This document shows positions 15,263 through 17,691 of a stretch of DNA of 17,691 bases, piece by piece. The translations under genes and the position numbers were made by a program. Position 1 is the stretch's first letter. Each line of letters opens with the position of its first letter. The DNA is taken from positions 1-17,691 of the forward strand of contig JAWBTW010000015.1 of NCBI GenBank assembly GCA_039000165.1. The letters run 5' to 3'. The notes below the pieces were generated by a model that searched no databases, was not told the DNA's origin, and worked only from the letters and a program-made list of their open reading frames with translations. The stretch comes from Candidatus Aenigmatarchaeota archaeon. Lineage in GTDB: Archaea > Aenigmatarchaeota > Aenigmatarchaeia > CG10238-14 > SCSR01.

Positions 15263-17691
15263 ATGGAAGAAGAGAAGTGGCATGCTTTAGAGCCAAAAGA
15301 AGCGATGGAAAAATTGAAATCAAGTGAAAAAGGTTTAAGCGAGGAAGAAGCTAAAAAAAGGTTGCAAGAGTATGGCTATAATGAGTTAAAGGAAAGGAAA
15401 AAAGTTTCAGCTTTGGAAATTTTTCTCAATCAATTTAAAGATATATTTGTAATAATGCTTTTGGTTGCAATAGCTATTTCTGTTTTGATAGGATGGTACG
15501 AAATAAAAGAAAATCCAGAAAAAAGCTTTTTTGAAGCTTATGCTGATGCTGTAGCGATAGGGGCAATAGTTGTATTAAACGCAATTGTTGGCTTTACTCA
15601 AGAATACAGAGCTGAAAAAGCTTTGGAAGCTATGAAAAAGCTTACTGCTCCTAAGGCTAGGGTTATAAGGGAAGGAAAAGAGGTTTTGATAGATGCAAGG
15701 GAAGTTGTTCCTGGTGATATTCTTCTAATAGAAGCAGGGGATAGAATTGCTGCAGATGGTTTACTTTTGGAAAGCGTTGAGCTTGAGGTTAACGAGGCAG
15801 TTTTAACTGGAGAATCAGCTCCTGTGAGAAAAAAAGTTGGAAAGTTAAAGCCTGATATACCAATAGCTGAAAGAAAGAATTATGTTTTTATGGCAACTTA
15901 TGCTACTTACGGAAGAGGAAAAGTTTTAGTAACAGCTACAGGAATGAAAACAGAATTTGGAAAAATTGCAGAAAAAGTTCAGGAAATAGAGGAGGAAGAA
16001 ACTCCTTTGAAAAGAAAGCTAAACGATTTTGCAAAAAAGCTTGCGAAGTTTGTTGTTGTTATTTGCATAATAATTTTTGCTTTAGAACTTTACGAGATTT
16101 TAGGAATTTTTAAGATAAGAGAATTCGGAGAAATTATAAAAGAGTCTTTAGATGCTTTCATGACTTCTGTTGCCTTAGCAGTTAGTGCAGTTCCTGAAGG
16201 TTTACCTGCAGTTGTTACAATAACTTTAGCCTTAGGTGCAAGAGAACTAGCAAGGAGGAATGCTATAATAAGAAAACTTTCCTCTGCTGAAACTTTGGGA
16301 GCAGTTACTGTTATTTGTTCCGATAAAACTGGAACCTTAACAAAAGGAGAAATGACTGTTAAGAAAGTTTATGCTAACGATAAGATTATAGAAGTTACAG
16401 GCGTTGGTTATGAAGCAAAAGGAGAATTTTTGCTCGAGGGAAAAAGTTTTAACCCTAAGGAAATAGAGCTTTTGCTTAGAATTGCTTGCTTATGCAACAA
16501 TGCAAGTTATGATGGACAAACAATAAAAGGAGACCCAACAGAAGGAGCTTTGATAGTTGCAGCAGCAAAGGCAGGAATGAAAAAAGAAGATTTGGAAAAT
16601 GAGTATCAAAGAATTCATGAAATTCCTTTCAGCTCTGAAAGAAAGAGAATGACTACAATTCACTCATTTGAAAACAAAAAGTTTGCTTATATGAAAGGTG
16701 CTCCTGAAGTTGTTCTTGAGAGATGCGATTTTATTTTAAAAGATGGAAAAATAGAAAAGTTGGATGAAAAAGAAAAGAAGAAGATTCTAAAGGTTAACGA
16801 AGATTTTGCTTCTCAAGCCTTAAGAGTTTTGGGTTTTGCTTTTAAAGAGCTGAAAGAAAAGTTTGACGATGAAAGCGCTGAAAAAGGTTTGGTTTTTGTT
16901 GGCCTAATGGGAATGATAGACCCAGCAAGAGAAGAAGCAAAAGAAGCTAATAAAAAATGTCAGGAAGCAGGAATAAAAACTGTGATGATTACTGGCGACC
17001 ATAAGCTTACCGCAATAGCAATAGCAAAAGAGATTGGTATGCTTGAGAATAATGAAGAAGCTAAAGTTTTAACTGGCGAGGAGCTTGACAAGCTTAGCGA
17101 CGAAGAATTTGAAAAGATTGTTGAAGAAGTTAGAATTTATGCAAGAGTTTCTCCTGAACATAAGTTAAGAATTGTTAAAGCGTTAAAGAAAAAGGGTCAT
17201 ATAGTTGCCATGACAGGCGATGGAGTAAACGATGCTCCAGCTTTAAAGCAAGCAGATATTGGAATAGCAATGGGTATCACTGGTACAGAAGTAACAAAAG
17301 AAGCTTCCGACATGATCTTAGCTGATGATAACTTTGCAACGATAGTTAAAGCAGTTGAAGGGGGAAGAGGAATTTATGAAAACATAAGAAAGTTTGTTTT
17401 CTTTTTATTAAGATGCAATTTTGATGAGTTGGGAATAATAGGTATTTTTGCCTTATTAGGTTTGCCTTTGCCTTTAAATGCTGCCATGATTTTATGGATT
17501 AATTTAGTTACTGATGGTGGACCAGCAATAGCTTTGAGCATGGACCCACCAGAAGAAGATTTGATGAAAAGAAAGCCTCGAGACCCAAAACAAGGAATTT
17601 TGCACGGAAGGTTTGCTCAAATTTTAGCATCTTTCATAACTCAGTTTTTTGGTACTGCTTTTGTTTTCTGTATAGTTTATTATACAAAGTT
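15263..17691 (+). CDS. P2A-type (SERCA/PMR1-like) cation-transporting P-type ATPase; 3'-partial, absent from the ORF track
   Basis: Manual translation from ATG 15263 gives MEEEKWHALEPKEAMEKLKSSEKGLSEEEAKKRLQEYGYNEL. In the same frame: TGES (15806), PEGL (16193), DKTGTLT (16322), KGAPE, MITGDH, GDGVNDAPAL (17216), WINLVTDG. The frame runs off the window end. Confidence 0.95.
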   Translation, partial: MEEEKWHALEPKEAMEKLKSSEKGLSEEEAKKRLQEYGYNELKERKKVSALEIFLNQFKDIFVIMLLVAIAISVLIGWYEIKENPEKSFFEAYADAVAIGAIVVLNAIVGFTQEYRAEKALEAMKKLTAPKARVIREGKEVLIDAREVVPGDILLIEAGDRIAADGLLLESVELEVNEAVLTGESAPVRKKVGKLKPDIPIAERKNYVFMATYATYGRGKVLVTATGMKTEFGKIAEKVQEIEEEETPLKRKLNDFAKKLAKFVVVICIIIFALELYEILGIFKIREFGEIIKESLDAFMTSVALAVSAVPEGLPAVVTITLALGARELARRNAIIRKLSSAETLGAVTVICSDKTGTLTKGEMTVKKVYANDKIIEVTGVGYEAKGEFLLEGKSFNPKEIELLLRIACLCNNASYDGQTIKGDPTEGALIVAAAKAGMKKEDLENEYQRIHEIPFSSERKRMTTIHSFENKKFAYMKGAPEVVLERCDFILKDGKIEKLDEKEKKKILKVNEDFASQALRVLGFAFKELKEKFDDESAEKGLVFVGLMGMIDPAREEAKEANKKCQEAGIKTVMITGDHKLTAIAIAKEIGMLENNEEAKVLTGEELDKLSDEEFEKIVEEVRIYARVSPEHKLRIVKALKKKGHIVAMTGDGVNDAPALKQADIGIAMGITGTEVTKEASDMILADDNFATIVKAVEGGRGIYENIRKFVFFLLRCNFDELGIIGIFALLGLPLPLNAAMILWINLVTDGGPAIALSMDPPEEDLMKRKPRDPKQGILHGRFAQILASFITQFFGTAFVFCIVYYTK

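Noticed and set aside
1..17691. tRNA/rRNA genes, CRISPR arrays, IS elements
   Set aside because: Intergenic gaps are at most about 105 bp and AT-rich, with no GC-rich stems, spaced repeats or transposase motifs seen.

Overview
AT-rich, very compact archaeal DNA. Archaeal-type PheS/PheT/TrpS, S6e, aIF2-gamma and a class III pilin support this; a DPANN-like, possibly thermophilic host is my inference only. Left end: a 5'-truncated giant gene encoding a heavily N-glycosylatable surface region, one TM helix and a cytoplasmic HerA/VirB4/FtsK-superfamily ATPase, followed by a coiled-coil gene and minD. This is the best candidate for an undescribed system. Middle: trpS, a GT2 glycosyltransferase, pheS and pheT on the minus strand, then rps6e, aIF2-gamma and a PIN gene on the plus strand, with a pilin gene lying antisense between the last two. 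Right end: membrane pyrophosphatase hppA, a convergent soluble pyrophosphatase ppa, and a 3'-truncated P2A-type ATPase missing from the ORF track. Several housekeeping proteins have non-canonical active-site residues: aIF2-gamma P-loop Ala, HppA without the gate Lys, PheS with a shifted acidic residue, and the P-type ATPase M5 helix. No RNA genes, CRISPR arrays or mobile elements were seen. All family calls come from motif recognition by eye; no searches were run.
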